Shown piece by piece: positions 13,837-27,314 of a DNA stretch of 64,000 nt. The notes under the pieces are model-generated. The model was not told the origin of the DNA. It did no database searches and saw only the letters and a list, made by a program, of their open reading frames with translations. Origin of the DNA: Eledone cirrhosa. Taxonomy: Eukaryota. The stretch is from contig OZ024764.1 of NCBI GenBank assembly GCA_964016885.1, positions 1,612,001-1,676,000 on the forward strand. The letters are read 5' to 3'. Made by a program: the position numbers and the translations under genes. The first letter of the stretch is position 1. The number at the start of each line of letters is the position of its first letter.

Positions 13837-13900
13837 CTGTCTGATGAATGATCCAGACGTATATTCTTATCGTCTGTGATCCAGAAACCTTTGGTAATGG
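13837..13900 (+). ncRNA. Type I hammerhead-like motif with inverted partial copy upstream (13763-13825)
   Basis: CTGATGA 13841, stem II cagacg/cgtctg, GAAA-cc-ttt-gg-TA; helix I weak (ctgt/atgg). Confidence 0.55.
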
Positions 13901-14016
13901 AGTAGTTATATTTCGTGTTGTTCACTTTCTAATTATATATACATATATATATATGTATATATATGTATATGTATATATATGTGTATATATATATATATGT
14001 GTGTATGTGTGTGTAA

Positions 14017-14048
<32 letters not shown>

Positions 14049-14328
14049 TTCAAGAGTAACCAATCTTAAAGAGAGAGATGGAGATAGGAGAGGAGAGATT
14101 GGTGAATTAGTTAGAAGCCAAAGCGTAAAGGCATGTGCTCAATGTGCAATATGCAGTAGAAAGCAGCTAGGTGGCTGGGTTCATGCAGAAGTTAGGTGCG
14201 CAGAGCTGGAAATATTCATTAGTTAAGCAAAACAAGACCACAAATTTCACAAGGAAGACATTATTAAAAGATTGTCAACATCATATTATGTAACATTCTC
14301 TCCTTATTTTAATTTATATTCCTTTGAA

Positions 14329-14448
14329 GTTCCGATGAGCTGCTCTGTTTTTTAAATATGTTAATTATTTTCAACTGAACCAGATCAATTATGATATATA
14401 GTCATCTGATCCAGAAATATTATATGGAGTAGCGAAACAATTGTAAAC
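14329..14448 (+). ncRNA. Variant hammerhead (CCGATGA core, long stem II insert)
   Basis: gtt-CCGATGA-gctgctc...gagtagc-GAAA-caattg-TA-aac; second copy 43277-43395. Confidence 0.55.
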
Positions 14449-14561
14449 GGACATTATTATTATTATTCTCTACATTCCTTACATCAAACTAAAATATGTT
14501 GACAATCTTTTAATAATGTCTTCCTTGTGAAGTTTGTGGTCTTGTTTAGCTTAACTAATGA

Positions 14562-14593
<32 letters not shown>

Positions 14594-14639
14594 GTTTGCG
14601 TCTCAGTATGTTGTGTGTGTTTATATATATATATATATA

Positions 14640-14835
14640 AATGAAGTATTTCCATCGGAAAGGTCCAGGAAAAAAGAGTGCTCTATGTAGGTTACAGAGC
14701 TTATTAGTTATGTAATAAACAACATAAGATAATTATTTCATTTACCAGTGGTTTCTTGAAGGCAGATTTTGTCTGTCTTCAAGAAACCACTGGTAAATGA
14801 AATAATTATCTTATGTTGTTTATTACATAACTATA
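14640..14835. repeat. Fold-back cassette in (TA)n (arms about 14706-14765 / 14775-14833)
   Basis: Near-perfect inverted repeat; same family as 45398-45700. Confidence 0.85.
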
Positions 14836-15039
14836 TATATAGTTATATGTGTGTCAGTGTATGTTTTGTGTGTGTGTGTGTATACATATATACTCGTTTA
14901 TACATTCCAAATCTAAATCAAGTAAAAAAAAAAACATATAACATTCCCATAAAAACTTCATCAAATATTTTAAAGTCAACAGCAACCAGCCCCATATTTT
15001 TATTTTGGGGACCACAAAATACTATTAACTTTACATCCT

Positions 15040-16310
15040 CTCGTGGAGTTTAGCTACCCCAATGTATGTGACAGTTTTCATGGAGCTTAACTGCCCCTGT
15101 GAATGTGACAGGTTTCATTGAAGGTTTACCAAGAGAAAAAAATGAACCTGTCCTCTCTTTGAGTTTAGCTACCCCAATGTACTTGTTCTCTTATGGAGTT
15201 TAGCTACCCCAATGTATATGTTCTCTTATGAAGTTTATCTACTCTAATGTTCTCTTACGGAGTTTAGCTACCCCAATGTATCTGTTCTCTTATGGAGTTT
15301 AGCTACCCCAATGTACGTGTTCTCTTATGGTGTTTAGCTACCCCAATGTATGTGTTCTCTTATGGAGTTTAGCTACCCCAATATGTGTTCTCTTATGGAG
15401 TTTAGCTACCCCAATGTATGTGTTCTCTTATGGAGTTTAGCTACCCCAATGTATGTGTTCTCTTATGGAGTTTAGCTACCCCAATGTATGTGTTCTCTTA
15501 TGGAGTTTAGCTACCCCAATATGTGTTCTCTCATGGAGTTTAGCTACCCCAATTGATGCAGCTGTTTCATTGAAAATTTACTGAGTGAAAAAAAAATTAT
15601 CATGTCCTCTCGTGAGTTTAGTTTCCCCTAATTGATATGACAGACTTCATTGGAAATTTACCATGGAAAAGAAAAACGAACATATCCTCTCATGGAGTTT
15701 AGCTACCCCAGTGGACATGACTCGTTTTATTGGAAATTTACAAAAAAAAAAAAAAATGAACATGTCCTCTTGTGGAGTTTAGCTAGCCCTACGGACAGGA
15801 CTGGTTTTATTGGAAATTTACCACCCAACCCGCAAAAAAAAAAAACCGCGTCCTTTCTTGGAGTTTAGCTACCCCAATAGACATGAGTGATTTTATTGGA
15901 AATTTACCAAAAAAAACAAAAACATGAACGTGTCCTCTCTTGGAGTTTAGCTACCCCAGTGGATGTGATTTATTGGAAATTTAACAAAAAAAAAAAAACG
16001 AACATGTCCTCTTGTGGAATTTAGCTAAACCCCCACCCCCACCCCAAGAAAAAATGATTTTATTGGAAATTTACCTAGGAAAAATAAAAATGAACATGTC
16101 CTCTTATGGGGTTTAGCTACCCCAAATAGACATGACTGGTTTTATTGGAACTTTACCAAAAAAAAAAAAAAAAACGCGCCCTCTCTTGGAGTTTAGCTTC
16201 CCCAGTGGATATGACTGGTTTTATTGGAAAATTACCCCAAAACAAAACAAAAACATGTCCTCTTGTGGAGTTTAGCTAACCCAGTGGACATGATGGACTT
16301 GGAAATTTAA
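15040..16310. repeat. Degenerate ~85-bp tandem repeat with a nested 35-bp array (about 15160-15550)
   Basis: Both share the core GGAGTTTAGCTACCCC. Confidence 0.85.
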
Positions 16311-16544
16311 TGAGAAAAAATGATGAATTACATAGAACTACTTGGAAAATATTCTGTGGTTCTTAAACTGAGAGATTTTAAATATTTATATTTGCACCAG
16401 TAATTACTGGTACATTTTGTTATGTAACTAAATATTTTGTGTAATAACATGTACCTACATACTTGCATACACACATCTATGTGTGTATATATAAGTATAT
16501 ATATGTATGTATGTATATATATGCATGTATGTATATATACACAC

Positions 16545-16580
<36 letters not shown>

Positions 16581-16708
16581 GTGTGTATATATATATATAT
16601 ATATATACATGTATATATATATACATGTATATATATATATATATATATACATGTATATATATGTATATATACATGTATGTATATATATATATATACATGT
16701 ATATATAT

Positions 16709-16756
<48 letters not shown>

Positions 16757-16761
16757 ATATA

Positions 16762-16793
<32 letters not shown>

Positions 16794-16853
16794 CATGTAT
16801 ATATATATATACATGTATGTATATATATATACATGTATATATATATATACATG

Positions 16854-16892
<39 letters not shown>

Positions 16893-16964
16893 ATATGTAT
16901 ATATATATATACATGTATATATGTATATATATACATGTATATATATATATATATATACATGTAG

Positions 16965-16996
<32 letters not shown>

Positions 16997-17263
16997 ACAC
17001 ACACATGCATATCTATATACATACATACATACATACCTACAGCCATACATACATACATGTATACATGTATACAGCCATACATACATACATGTATACATAC
17101 CTACAGCCATACGTACATCCATGTATACATGTATGTGCAAAAAAATTGTGAATAAGACACTAAATACAGACAACTGCTTTGAAAACCTACAAATTCTCTC
17201 TGAAGATTATATAAAAATATATCATGGTACCAGTAATTCACTGGGGTATCCTAAATATCTTAT

Positions 17264-19297
17264 TTAACCCTCTTGTTACCATATTTCTAATGAAAGACAC
17301 TGCCCCTCAAGAATTTGGTTGGATTTAGTAATATAACTAACTTTCTCACTATTAAACTAGTGTTTGGAATATAACTTAACAAAGGTTCTTACATAAAACT
17401 ATGATGGAAAGTTTTTAGATAAATATAAACACTTTAACCCTTTCATTACCATATTTCTAATGAAAGACACTGTTGGTGTTTGGAACATAACTTAACAAAG
17501 GTTCTTACATAAAATTATGATGGAAGGTTTTTAGATAAATATAAACACTTTAACCCTTTCATTACCATATTTCTAATGAAAGGCTCTGTTGGTGTTTGGA
17601 ACATAACTTAACAAAGGTTCTTACATAAAACTATGATGGAAAGTTTTTTGATAAATATAAACACTTTAACCCTTTCATTACCATATTTCTAATGAAAGAC
17701 ACTGTTGGTGTTTGGAACATAACTTAACAAAGGTTCTTACATAAAATTATGATGGAAGGTTTTTAGATAAATATAAACACTTTAACCCTTTCATTACCAT
17801 ATTTCTAATGAAAGACACTGTTGGTGTTTGGAACATAACTTAACAAACGTTCTTACATAAAATTATGATGGAAGGTTTTTAGATAAATATAAACACTTTA
17901 ACCCTTTCATTACCATATTTCTAATGAAAGACACTGTTGGTGTTTGGAACATAACTTAACAAAGGTTCTTACATAAAATTATGATGGAAGGTTTTTAGAT
18001 AAATATAAACACTTTAACCCTTTCATTACCATATTTCTAATGAAATATACTGTTGGTGTTTGGTACATAACTTAACAAAGGTTCTTACATAAAATTATGA
18101 TTGAAAGTTTTTAGATAAATATAAACACTTTAACCCTTTCATTACCATATTTCTAATGAAAGACACTGTTGGTGTTTGGAACATAACTTAACAAAGGTTC
18201 TTACATAAAACTATGATGGAAAGTTTTTAGATAAATATAAACACTTTAACCCTTTCATTACCATATTTCTAATGAAAGACACTGTTGGTGTTTGGAACAT
18301 AACTTAACAAAGGTTCTTACATAAAACTATGATGGAAAGTTTTTAGATAAATATAAACACTTTAACCCTTTCATTACCATATTTCTAATGAAAGACACTG
18401 TTTGCGTTTGGAACATAACTTAACAAAGGTTCTTACATAAAATTATGATGGAAGTTTTTAGATAAATATAAACACTTTAACCCTTTCATTACCATATTTC
18501 TAATGAAAGACACTGTTGGTGTTTGGAACATAACTTAACAAAGGTTCTTACATAAAATTATGATGGAAAGTTTTTAGATAAATATAAACACTTTAACCCT
18601 TTCATTACCATATTTCTAATGAAAGACACTGTTGGTGTTTGGAACATAACTTAACAAAGGTTCTTACATAAAACTATGATGGAAAGTTTTTAGATAAATA
18701 TAAACACTTTAACCCTTTCATTACCATATTTCTAATGAAAGACACTGTTTGCGTTTGGAACATAACTTAACAAAGGTTCTTACATAAAATTATGATGGAA
18801 GGTTTTTAGATAAATATAAACACTTTAACCCTTTCATTACCATATTTCTAATGAAAGACACTGTTGGTGTTTGGAACATAACTTAACAAAGGTTCTTACA
18901 TAAAATTATGATGGAAAGTTTTTAGATAAATATAAACACTTTAACCCTTTCATTACCATATTTCTAATGAAAGACACTGTTGGTGTTTGGAACATAACTT
19001 AACAAAGGTTCTTACATAAAACTATGATGGAAAGTTTTTAGATAAATATAAACACTTTAACCCTTTCATTACCATATTTCTAATGAAAGACACTGTTTGC
19101 GTTTGGAACATAACTTAACAAAGGTTCTTACATAAAATTATGATGGAAGGTTTTTAGATAAATATAAACACTTTAACCCTTTCATTGCCATATTTCTAAT
19201 GAAAGACACTGTTGGTGTTTGGAACATAACTTAACAAAGGTTCTTACATAAAATTATTAAGGGGTGTTTCCAGGCAGTTTGGTAACAAAAGGGTTAA
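17264..19297 (+). mobile_element. piggyBac-like MITE expanded by a 116-bp tandem array (about 16 units)
   Basis: TTAACCCTCTTGTTACC ... GGTAACAAAAGGGTTAA TIRs; each unit begins with TTAACCCTTTCATTACC. Confidence 0.8.
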
Positions 19298-19545
19298 ATA
19301 AAAGTCTTCATATTTAATAAGTCTTAAAAATCTGGGTTTTCAAACAAGTAACTCTGTCTACTAACTTTTGTGTGACATGAATTTCAATTTTCAAGGAGAA
19401 CTGAAAATATGCAAGATTTTTTTTCTAAAATTTAACCATGCATCTTTTCATTATTGTTGTTATTATTAATATTATTATTAATATTTAAATTCCAATGAGA
19501 ACATATTGTTGTTGTTCCTTCATTCTTGTTGTTGTTGTTGTTCTT

Positions 19546-20580
19546 ATAATAATAATGAAATTATTGTGTACAGTGCTCAGGTGCACTACAACTCATCAAA
19601 GGTGCGTGTATAGTAGATAGAATAATGTACAAATGTCAGGAAAGTGAACAGTGTATTAGTCATGGTATACATGTGTGTGTGTGTATGGAGGGGGAATATC
19701 AGGTTTAGTGTTGGAGAATTTCAGGAAGCATGGAGGTTTTAAAGGATGTAGTGTCTCGACAGCTAACAACTGATGCAGGTAGTTTGTTCCATGGAGGTTT
19801 TAAAGGATGCAGTGTCTCGACAGCTAACAACTGATGCAGGTAGTTTGTTCCATGGAGGTTTTAAAGGATGCAGTGTCTCGACAGCTAACAACTGATGCTG
19901 GTACTTTGTTCCATGGAGGTTTTAAAGGATGCAGTGTCTCGACAGCTAAACAACTGATGCAGGTAGTTTGTTCCATGGAGGTTTTAAAGGATGCAGTGTC
20001 TCGACAGCTAACACCTGATGCAGGTAGTTTGTTTCATGGAGGTTCTAGAGGATGCAGTGTCTCGACAGCTAACAACTGATGCAGGTAGTTTGTTTCATGG
20101 AGGTTTTAAAGGATGCAGTGCCTCGACAGCTAACAACTGATGCAGGTAGTTTGTTCTATGTAGGTTTTAAAGGATGCAGTGTCTTAACAGCTAACAACTG
20201 ATGCAGGTAGTTTGTTCTATGTAGGTTTTAAAGGATGCAGTGTCTCGACAGCTAACAACTGATGCTGGTACTTTGTTCCATGTAGGTTTTAAAGGATGCA
20301 GTGTCTTGACAGCTAACAACTGATGCAGGTAGTTTGTTCTATGTAGGTTTTAAAGGATGCAGTGTCTCGACAGCTAACAACTGATGCAGGTAGTTTGTTC
20401 CATGGAAGTTTTAAAGGATGCAGTGTCTCGACAGCTAACAACTGATGGAGGTTTTAAAGGATGCAGTGTCTCGGCAGCTAACAACTGATGCAGGTAGTTT
20501 GTTCCATGCTTCAGCAACTTTGAGCATAAAAAAATACTTTCCGAAATTCGTGGGAGCTGTGCTGCTTTCTGACTTGTCCA
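19546..20580 (-). mobile_element. CR1-like 3' fragment with a 61-bp tandem array (19729-20507)
   Basis: Same tail and same array unit as 59252-60900. Confidence 0.9.
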
Positions 20581-20582
20581 CG

Positions 20583-21418
20583 GGTGTGGACTGGGAGCCT
20601 TTTTATCGTGACACTTACATGACCACTTTACAGTGTGGACTGGGCGCTTTTTGTCATGACACCTACATGACCACTTTAGAGTGTAGACTGGGTGTTGTTT
20701 GTTGTGACACTTACATGACCACTTTACAGTGTGGACTGGGTGCTTTTTGTTGTGACACCTACATGACCACTTTACAGTGTGGACTGGGTGTTGTTTGTTG
20801 TGTCTCCTACATGACCACTTTACAGTGTGGACTGGGTGCTTTTTGTTGTGTCTCCTACATGACCACTTTACAGTGTGGACTGGGTGCTTTTTGTTGTGTC
20901 TCCTACATGACCACTTTACAGTGTGTACTGGGTGTTTTTTGTCGTGACACCTACACGACTTCTTTAGTTTGGACTGGATGTTGTGGTACCAACATAACTT
21001 TACAGAGAGAGGGTGGTGGGAGTGTAAGGTGGGAGTAGGGGTAGTGGGTTGGGGTGTATATTTGGTTAAGAGGTGCCTACTGACTGTAGGTTTAACTCTG
21101 TATTTGCAGAAGGCAGGTCTTCTGTATTACTGCATAGCGCCAAAGATCTCGGTCCAGTGACATTGTCTTAGAGAGGTGCAAGTGTGTAAGGTCAGAATTT
21201 ATCAAATGGTCCCAGATTTTTCTGGGTCTGCCTACTCCGTAACTTCCATCAATTTTGATCACCCTGCACTTTTTTTATACAGCTGTCGTCTTTCATGCTC
21301 ATCACGTGACCACACCAACGTAGTCTTCTCTCAAGTAAACAGCATCTGATCCCTCTTATTCCTAATTTCTCACTTAGTTCATTTATGTTTCGCCGTTTGT
21401 GTATATTACTATTACAAA
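20583..21418 (-). mobile_element. Diverged RTE-A fragment with a 48-bp array (about 8 units, 20583-20960)
   Basis: NINELSEKLGIRGIRCCLLERRLRWCGHVMSMKDDSCIKK on - strand; array unit as in 246-3761. Confidence 0.85.
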
Positions 21419-21440
21419 TAAAATTTATATATAATAAATA

Positions 21441-21630
21441 ATTGTTTCTACTTTGGGCACAAGGCCAGCAATTACGCCAGTACATTACTGGTACTTTATT
21501 TTATCGACCCTGTAAGGATGAAAGGCAAAGTTAATCTCAGCGGGATTTGAGTTATGACATTTGAATGGCAAGGGCCATAACTCTATGCTAGAAAGCATGG
21601 CGTCCGACCCTCTACTGATACTGCCAATCC
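21441..21630 (-). mobile_element. tRNA-derived SINE with a Meta/MESC-like central domain (family C)
   Basis: ctttgcctttcatccttac..ggtcgataaaataaagtaccagt domain; ATATAATAAATAAT TSD-like flanks. Confidence 0.75.
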
Positions 21631-22090
21631 ATATAATAAATAATATAATATATACTATGTATAAATAATTATTATATAATTTATATTTTACTATATATAT
21701 ATATATATATATAAGAGAGTACTCAGATATTCAAAACAACAAACAGCGAAGGACGCGTTCCGCACTTGTCCGACAGACAACCTTTTCCCCCACCCCGGAA
21801 AAAAACCCCAGTTGATGGATGTGAATCCGAAATATATAGGGACTATTAAATCTCTCCCAAGGTAACTCTCTCTTGTGTTGTTATTTTTATTTTATCCTTT
21901 ATACTCTTTCCTTCATTCCTCTACACGTCTTATACACACCACGCATCTCAACGTACACCCACTTACATCTCTCTCTCCACCACCGGACCTTGTTACCCGG
22001 AGATTTACCCATTTGCATTGTCGAGGCTTCCAAACGACTTAAAGATATTTACTTATATATATATATATATCATTTGATATTTAATATAAT

Positions 22091-23133
22091 TGTTTCTACT
22101 TTTGAGCTAACTTTTGGGAGGCTCCCGTACAGCTCTGAGTTCTTCATCCTCAGTGCATACTGATTAATGTTCAGAGCCATCCTCAGCATTCTATATATAT
22201 AGTGACCAATAGGGCAGTCTTTTGTAGGAGAACAATTTGTGTTTCGAAGTCTATTTGTTTAAGGTCCCCCTCTCAGTTTTAGTGATATCAACCCTGAAAC
22301 TGCAACAACTAGAATTACCTTGTAGCTGTTATATGGTAGTGGAAACATCCATACAATTTGTGATTTGAGGTCTATTTCTTCACGATATCCTCTAAATTGT
22401 TCTACCATCAAACCCCAAACTCTAGTTGTGCCATTCATCACATTCGTGTAATTTGGGATCTAAGGTCTATTTGCTCACAACATCCCACTCAGGTGGTATT
22501 GACAGCATTCATAACTATAATTGTTTCTACTTTTGGCACAAGGCCAGCAGTTACCCAGTACATTACTGGTACTTTATTTTATTGACCCCGTAATAATAAT
22601 AATAATTGTTTCTACGTTAGGCACAAGGCCAGCAATTACCCAGTACATTACTGGTACTTTATTTTATTGACCCCGTAATAATAATAATAATTGTTTCTAC
22701 GTTAGACACAAGGCCAGCAGTTACCCAGTACATTACTGGTACTTTATTTTATTGACCCCGTAATAATAATAATAATTGTTTCTACGTTAGACACAAGGCC
22801 AGCAGTTACCCAGTACATTACTGGTACTTTATTTTATTGACCCCGTAATAATAATAATAATTGTTTCTACGTTAGGCACAAGGCCAGCAATTACCCAGTA
22901 CATTACTGGTACTTTATTTTATCGACCCCGTAATAATAATAATAATTGTTTCTACGTTAGGCACAAGGCCAGCAATTACCCAGTACATTACTGGTACTTT
23001 ATTTTATCGACCCCGTAAGGATGAAAGGCAAAGTTAACCTCGGCGAGATTTGAACTCAGAATGGCAAGGGCCGTAACTCTATGTGTCAAAGCATGGCGTC
23101 CGACCCTCTACCGATACTGCCAATTCACCGGTC
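22091..23133 (-). mobile_element. Composite family C SINE with 85-bp x6 tail array and captured RTE/REL fragments
   Basis: 20-bp direct repeats CATTTGATATTTAATATAAT at 22071 and 23134; 22097-22690 is near-identical to 55871-56465. Confidence 0.8.
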
Positions 23134-23369
23134 CATTTGATATTTAATATAATATTATATATCATCTCTACCATCCCCTTAGGCCCCAGCACTCGCTAGA
23201 CCTTCTCAACACCCCGCAGGGGGCGGTAGCACCCTATTTGAGAACCTCTGATGTTGTCATGTCTTCGACACATCTAAAGGATCTTCCCAGCCCCTTCTAT
23301 GACAAGCTTTCTATGAATGGATGCCCTCCCTATCACCAGACACTTTATAGAAAGCGTGGATGACTTGAA

Positions 23370-23650
23370 GGAGAAACTGGGTCCAAGAGGAATTGGAGGT
23401 AGTGTGCAGGAGAGGAGAAGCTGCATGGGTTGGGACATGTGATGGGCATGAATGATGATCCCTGGGTGAAGAAGTGCCAGGAAATGCCAGTGGAAGGAAG
23501 CCACAGTTGAGGATGACCAAGGAAGACCAGAATGGAGGTGGTGAGAGCTGATCTCAAATTGCTACAGCTGACGGGGGAGATGACAAAGTGGAGAGATGCT
23601 GTACTGAGAAGGACCCGTCAAACCCATGCAAACATGGGAAACGGACACAT
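23370..23650 (+). mobile_element. Degenerate RTE-B-like 3' fragment
   Basis: Similar to 38200-38490 (gtgaagaagtgccaggaaatgccagt...). Confidence 0.7.
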
Positions 23651-23659
23651 TTCAATCTA

Positions 23660-24072
23660 TCATCATCACCGTTTTACGTCCGTTCTTCCACGCTAGCATG
23701 GGTTAGACGGGTTGTCCAGTTGGCTGACCTTGTCTTGCTCATACTGGAACTGATTCTGGCTTGATTTCTACAGCTGGATGCCCTTCCTAACACCAACCTC
23801 ATTTACAGTGAGTGCTGGGTGCTTTTTAGCCGTGGCACCTCCACGACCACTTTACAGTGAGTGCTCGGTGCTTTTTTGCCGTGGCACCTCCATGACCACT
23901 TTGCAGTGGAATGATAGGGACCCTAGTCCCTATCATCTCATTTCTTCAGCTGAGTAAACTGGAGCAGAGTGAAATAAAGTGTCTTGCTCAAGGAAACAAC
24001 ACATCACCCGGTCTGAGAATTGAACTCACAACCTTTCGATTGTAAGGCCAATGCTCTAACCACTAAGCCATG
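23660..24072 (-). mobile_element. CORE-type SINE family A ending in the RTE-A terminus
   Basis: SINE head/core plus tail identical to the 30700-30870-type end. Confidence 0.85.
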
Positions 24073-24132
24073 AGAGATGTTAAAATATACAAGAGTTTTC
24101 TTTCTAAAATTTAACATTATTATTGTTGTAAT

Positions 24133-24396
24133 GGCGGTGAGTTGGCAGTATCGGTAGAGGGTCGGGCACCATGCTTTGCAGCATAGAGTTACGTCCCTTT
24201 ACGGTCTGAGTTCAAATCCCGCCGAGCTTAACTTTGTCTTTCATCCTTACGCGGTCAATAAAATAAAGTACCAGTAATACACTGAGTAATTGCTGGCCTT
24301 GTACCAAGAGTAGAAACAATTATTACGGGGTTGATAAAATAAAGTACCAGTAATACACTGAGATATTTGCTGGCCTTGTGCCAAAAGTAAAAACAA
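24133..24396 (+). mobile_element. SINE family C (Meta/MESC-like) with duplicated tail
   Basis: Head ggcggtgagttggcagtatcggtagag, B box GAGTTCAAATCC. Confidence 0.8.
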
Positions 24397-24528
24397 TTAT
24401 TATTATTGTTGTTGTTACTAATGTTAATATTGTTGTTGTTATTGTTATTATTAATATTTTAATTCAGATTTCGTTGTTGTTTACCCCATGTCTTGACAGC
24501 TGGGTTTATATATATATATATATATATA

Positions 24529-24885
24529 TCATCATCATTTCATCATTTCATTTTACGTCCCCGCCTTTCCCCTGCTTGCAAGGGTGGGACGGGAACTGAT
24601 TCTGGCTTGATTTCTACAGCTGGATGCCCTTCCTAACACCAACCTCATTTACAGTGAGTGCTGGGTGCTTTTTTGCCGTGGCACCTCCACGACCACTTTG
24701 CAGTGGAATGATAGGGACCCCAGTCCCTATCATCTCATTTCTACAGCTGAGTAAACTGGAGCAATGTGACACAAAGTGTCTTGCTCAAGGAAACAACACA
24801 TCACCCGGTCTGAGAATTGAACTCACAACCTTTCGATTGCAAGGCCAATGCTCTAACCACTAAGCCATGTGCCTCCATATACATG

Positions 24886-24921
<36 letters not shown>

Positions 24922-25195
24922 AAAGACCGGGTGATGTGTTGTTTCCTTGAGCAAGGCACTTTATTTCACATTGCTCCAGTTTACTCAGCTGTAGAAATGA
25001 GATGATAGGGACTAGGGTCCCTATTATTCCACTGCAAAGTGGTCGCGGAAGTGCCAGGGCAAAAACCACCCAACACTCACTGTAAATGAGGTTGGTGTTA
25101 GGAAGGGCATCCAGCTGTAGAAATCAAGCCAGAATCAGTTCCCGTCCCACCCTTGCAAGCAGGGAAAAGTGGACGTAAAATGATGATGATGATGA
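24529..25195. mobile_element. Inverted pair of CORE-type family A SINEs (24529-24875 minus; 24924-25195 plus, head-truncated) around (TA)n
   Basis: Both match 52725-53060. Confidence 0.9.
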
Positions 25196-25443
25196 TATAT
25201 ATATTAGAAAGTGAGGTTTTTTTTTTTGCAAAATGAAAAATAACCGAGGTGTCCTACACGAGTGAAAGTATAAAGAAAAAAGATGAAATCGAAAATGCAA
25301 CTGGAGTCTTATTTTTAAAAAAAATATATATTTATTTGGTTCTTTTACTGGTTTTGCAGTTCTTCTGCTTTTCAAATGTAGAGTTGAGATAGAGGGTCTG
25401 TGGTTTTTCTCACGCCTCTCATATATATATATATATGTATATA

Positions 25444-25504
<61 letters not shown>

Positions 25505-25694
25505 AGATCAAAAGATGGTTAAATGAGTTCCATGTATTTTATTATGCGCATTTCAAAAACAAATATCATCATGCAATAACATTTGTGTTTTCATCAGATA
25601 AAATAGGAAGACATGATATGAAGGTTAAAAACACTTGTGGATAGTGCAGTTTTAAATCAACATATTAACAATTAACCTTCATATCATGTCTTCC

Positions 25695-25765
25695 TATTTT
25701 ATCTGATGAAAACACAAATGTTATTGCATGATGATATTTGTTTTTGAAATGCGCATAATAAAATA
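25695..25765 (+). ncRNA. Type I hammerhead ribozyme; antisense copy at 25535-25605
   Basis: tattttat-CTGATGA-long stem II-GAAA-tgcgca-TA-ataaaata; 8-bp helix I, palindromic stem III; inside a fold-back with arms about 25496-25628 / 25672-25805. Confidence 0.85.
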
Positions 25766-26384
25766 CATGGAACTCATTTAACCATCTTTTGATCTTATAT
25801 ATTATGTATACTCCAGTCCTACAAACTGTAGAGTGCTTCTTATCCGATATCTGCATTGCTTTATTGTACTACAATAAAACTCACCTCCTACATATATATA
25901 TATATATATATATGTGTATCTAATGTTTGTTGAGTGAGTTGGAATTTAGCTGGAGTATCGCTATTAGGTTTCTCCGATTATGTATTTATATATTTACTCT
26001 TGGAGCAACAGATAGGAACTTTCCCGTTATAAGGTATGACTCTCTTTGTTTATTTTTTATATGAATATTGATTGTTTGTTCTTGTATCTCATTCTGTTAT
26101 TTTGCCCGAGAAAATATCTATATGTGTCATCAAGCGATGCGCCCATATGGTTATTTTTTCATATCCAATTGAGTTCTTAGCACGTGGCTTGAATTCTTAT
26201 CAGAGTTCAACTACCTGCGCATGTATTGTTTTTGGTGGTAGTCTCGTTCCTCCTATTTTCGGGACAGTGTGAGAATTTCTTTAGAACTGCTGGACTAACA
26301 ACCTAGCAGCTCCCTCAAGCACTGATGGTGATTATCGCTAAATATTGATGTTGATTTGGTTATCAATATTAATATTATTGGGCA

Positions 26385-26507
26385 CCCACTGAAGAATTAT
26401 AAGAGCCCACTTGAATAAGTATCTGTTGATCTTATACAAGCTTCTACATAAATTGGTATAATTTCACCCAACTTGTAGGAATCTTATAATGAAACAAGTC
26501 GTCTGGG
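26385..26507 (+). ncRNA. Type I hammerhead with a large stem II insertion
   Basis: ccca-CTGAAGA-attataaga...tcttataat-GAAA-caagtc-GTC-tggg. Confidence 0.7.
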
Positions 26508-26606
26508 AAGAGATATATTCGATATATCTCATATGAAATGATACAGCCAATTATCCACACAATACAATTAGTTAGCACCCCGAACGTTTAATTAGGAATA
26601 TATATA

Positions 26607-27081
<475 letters not shown>

Positions 27082-27102
27082 ATTATATATATATATATAT
27101 AT

Positions 27103-27168
<66 letters not shown>

Positions 27169-27206
27169 ATTATATATATATATATATTATATATATATAT
27201 ATATAT

Positions 27207-27259
<53 letters not shown>

Positions 27260-27314
27260 ATATATATATTATATATATTATATATATATATATTATATAT
27301 ATATATATATAATA

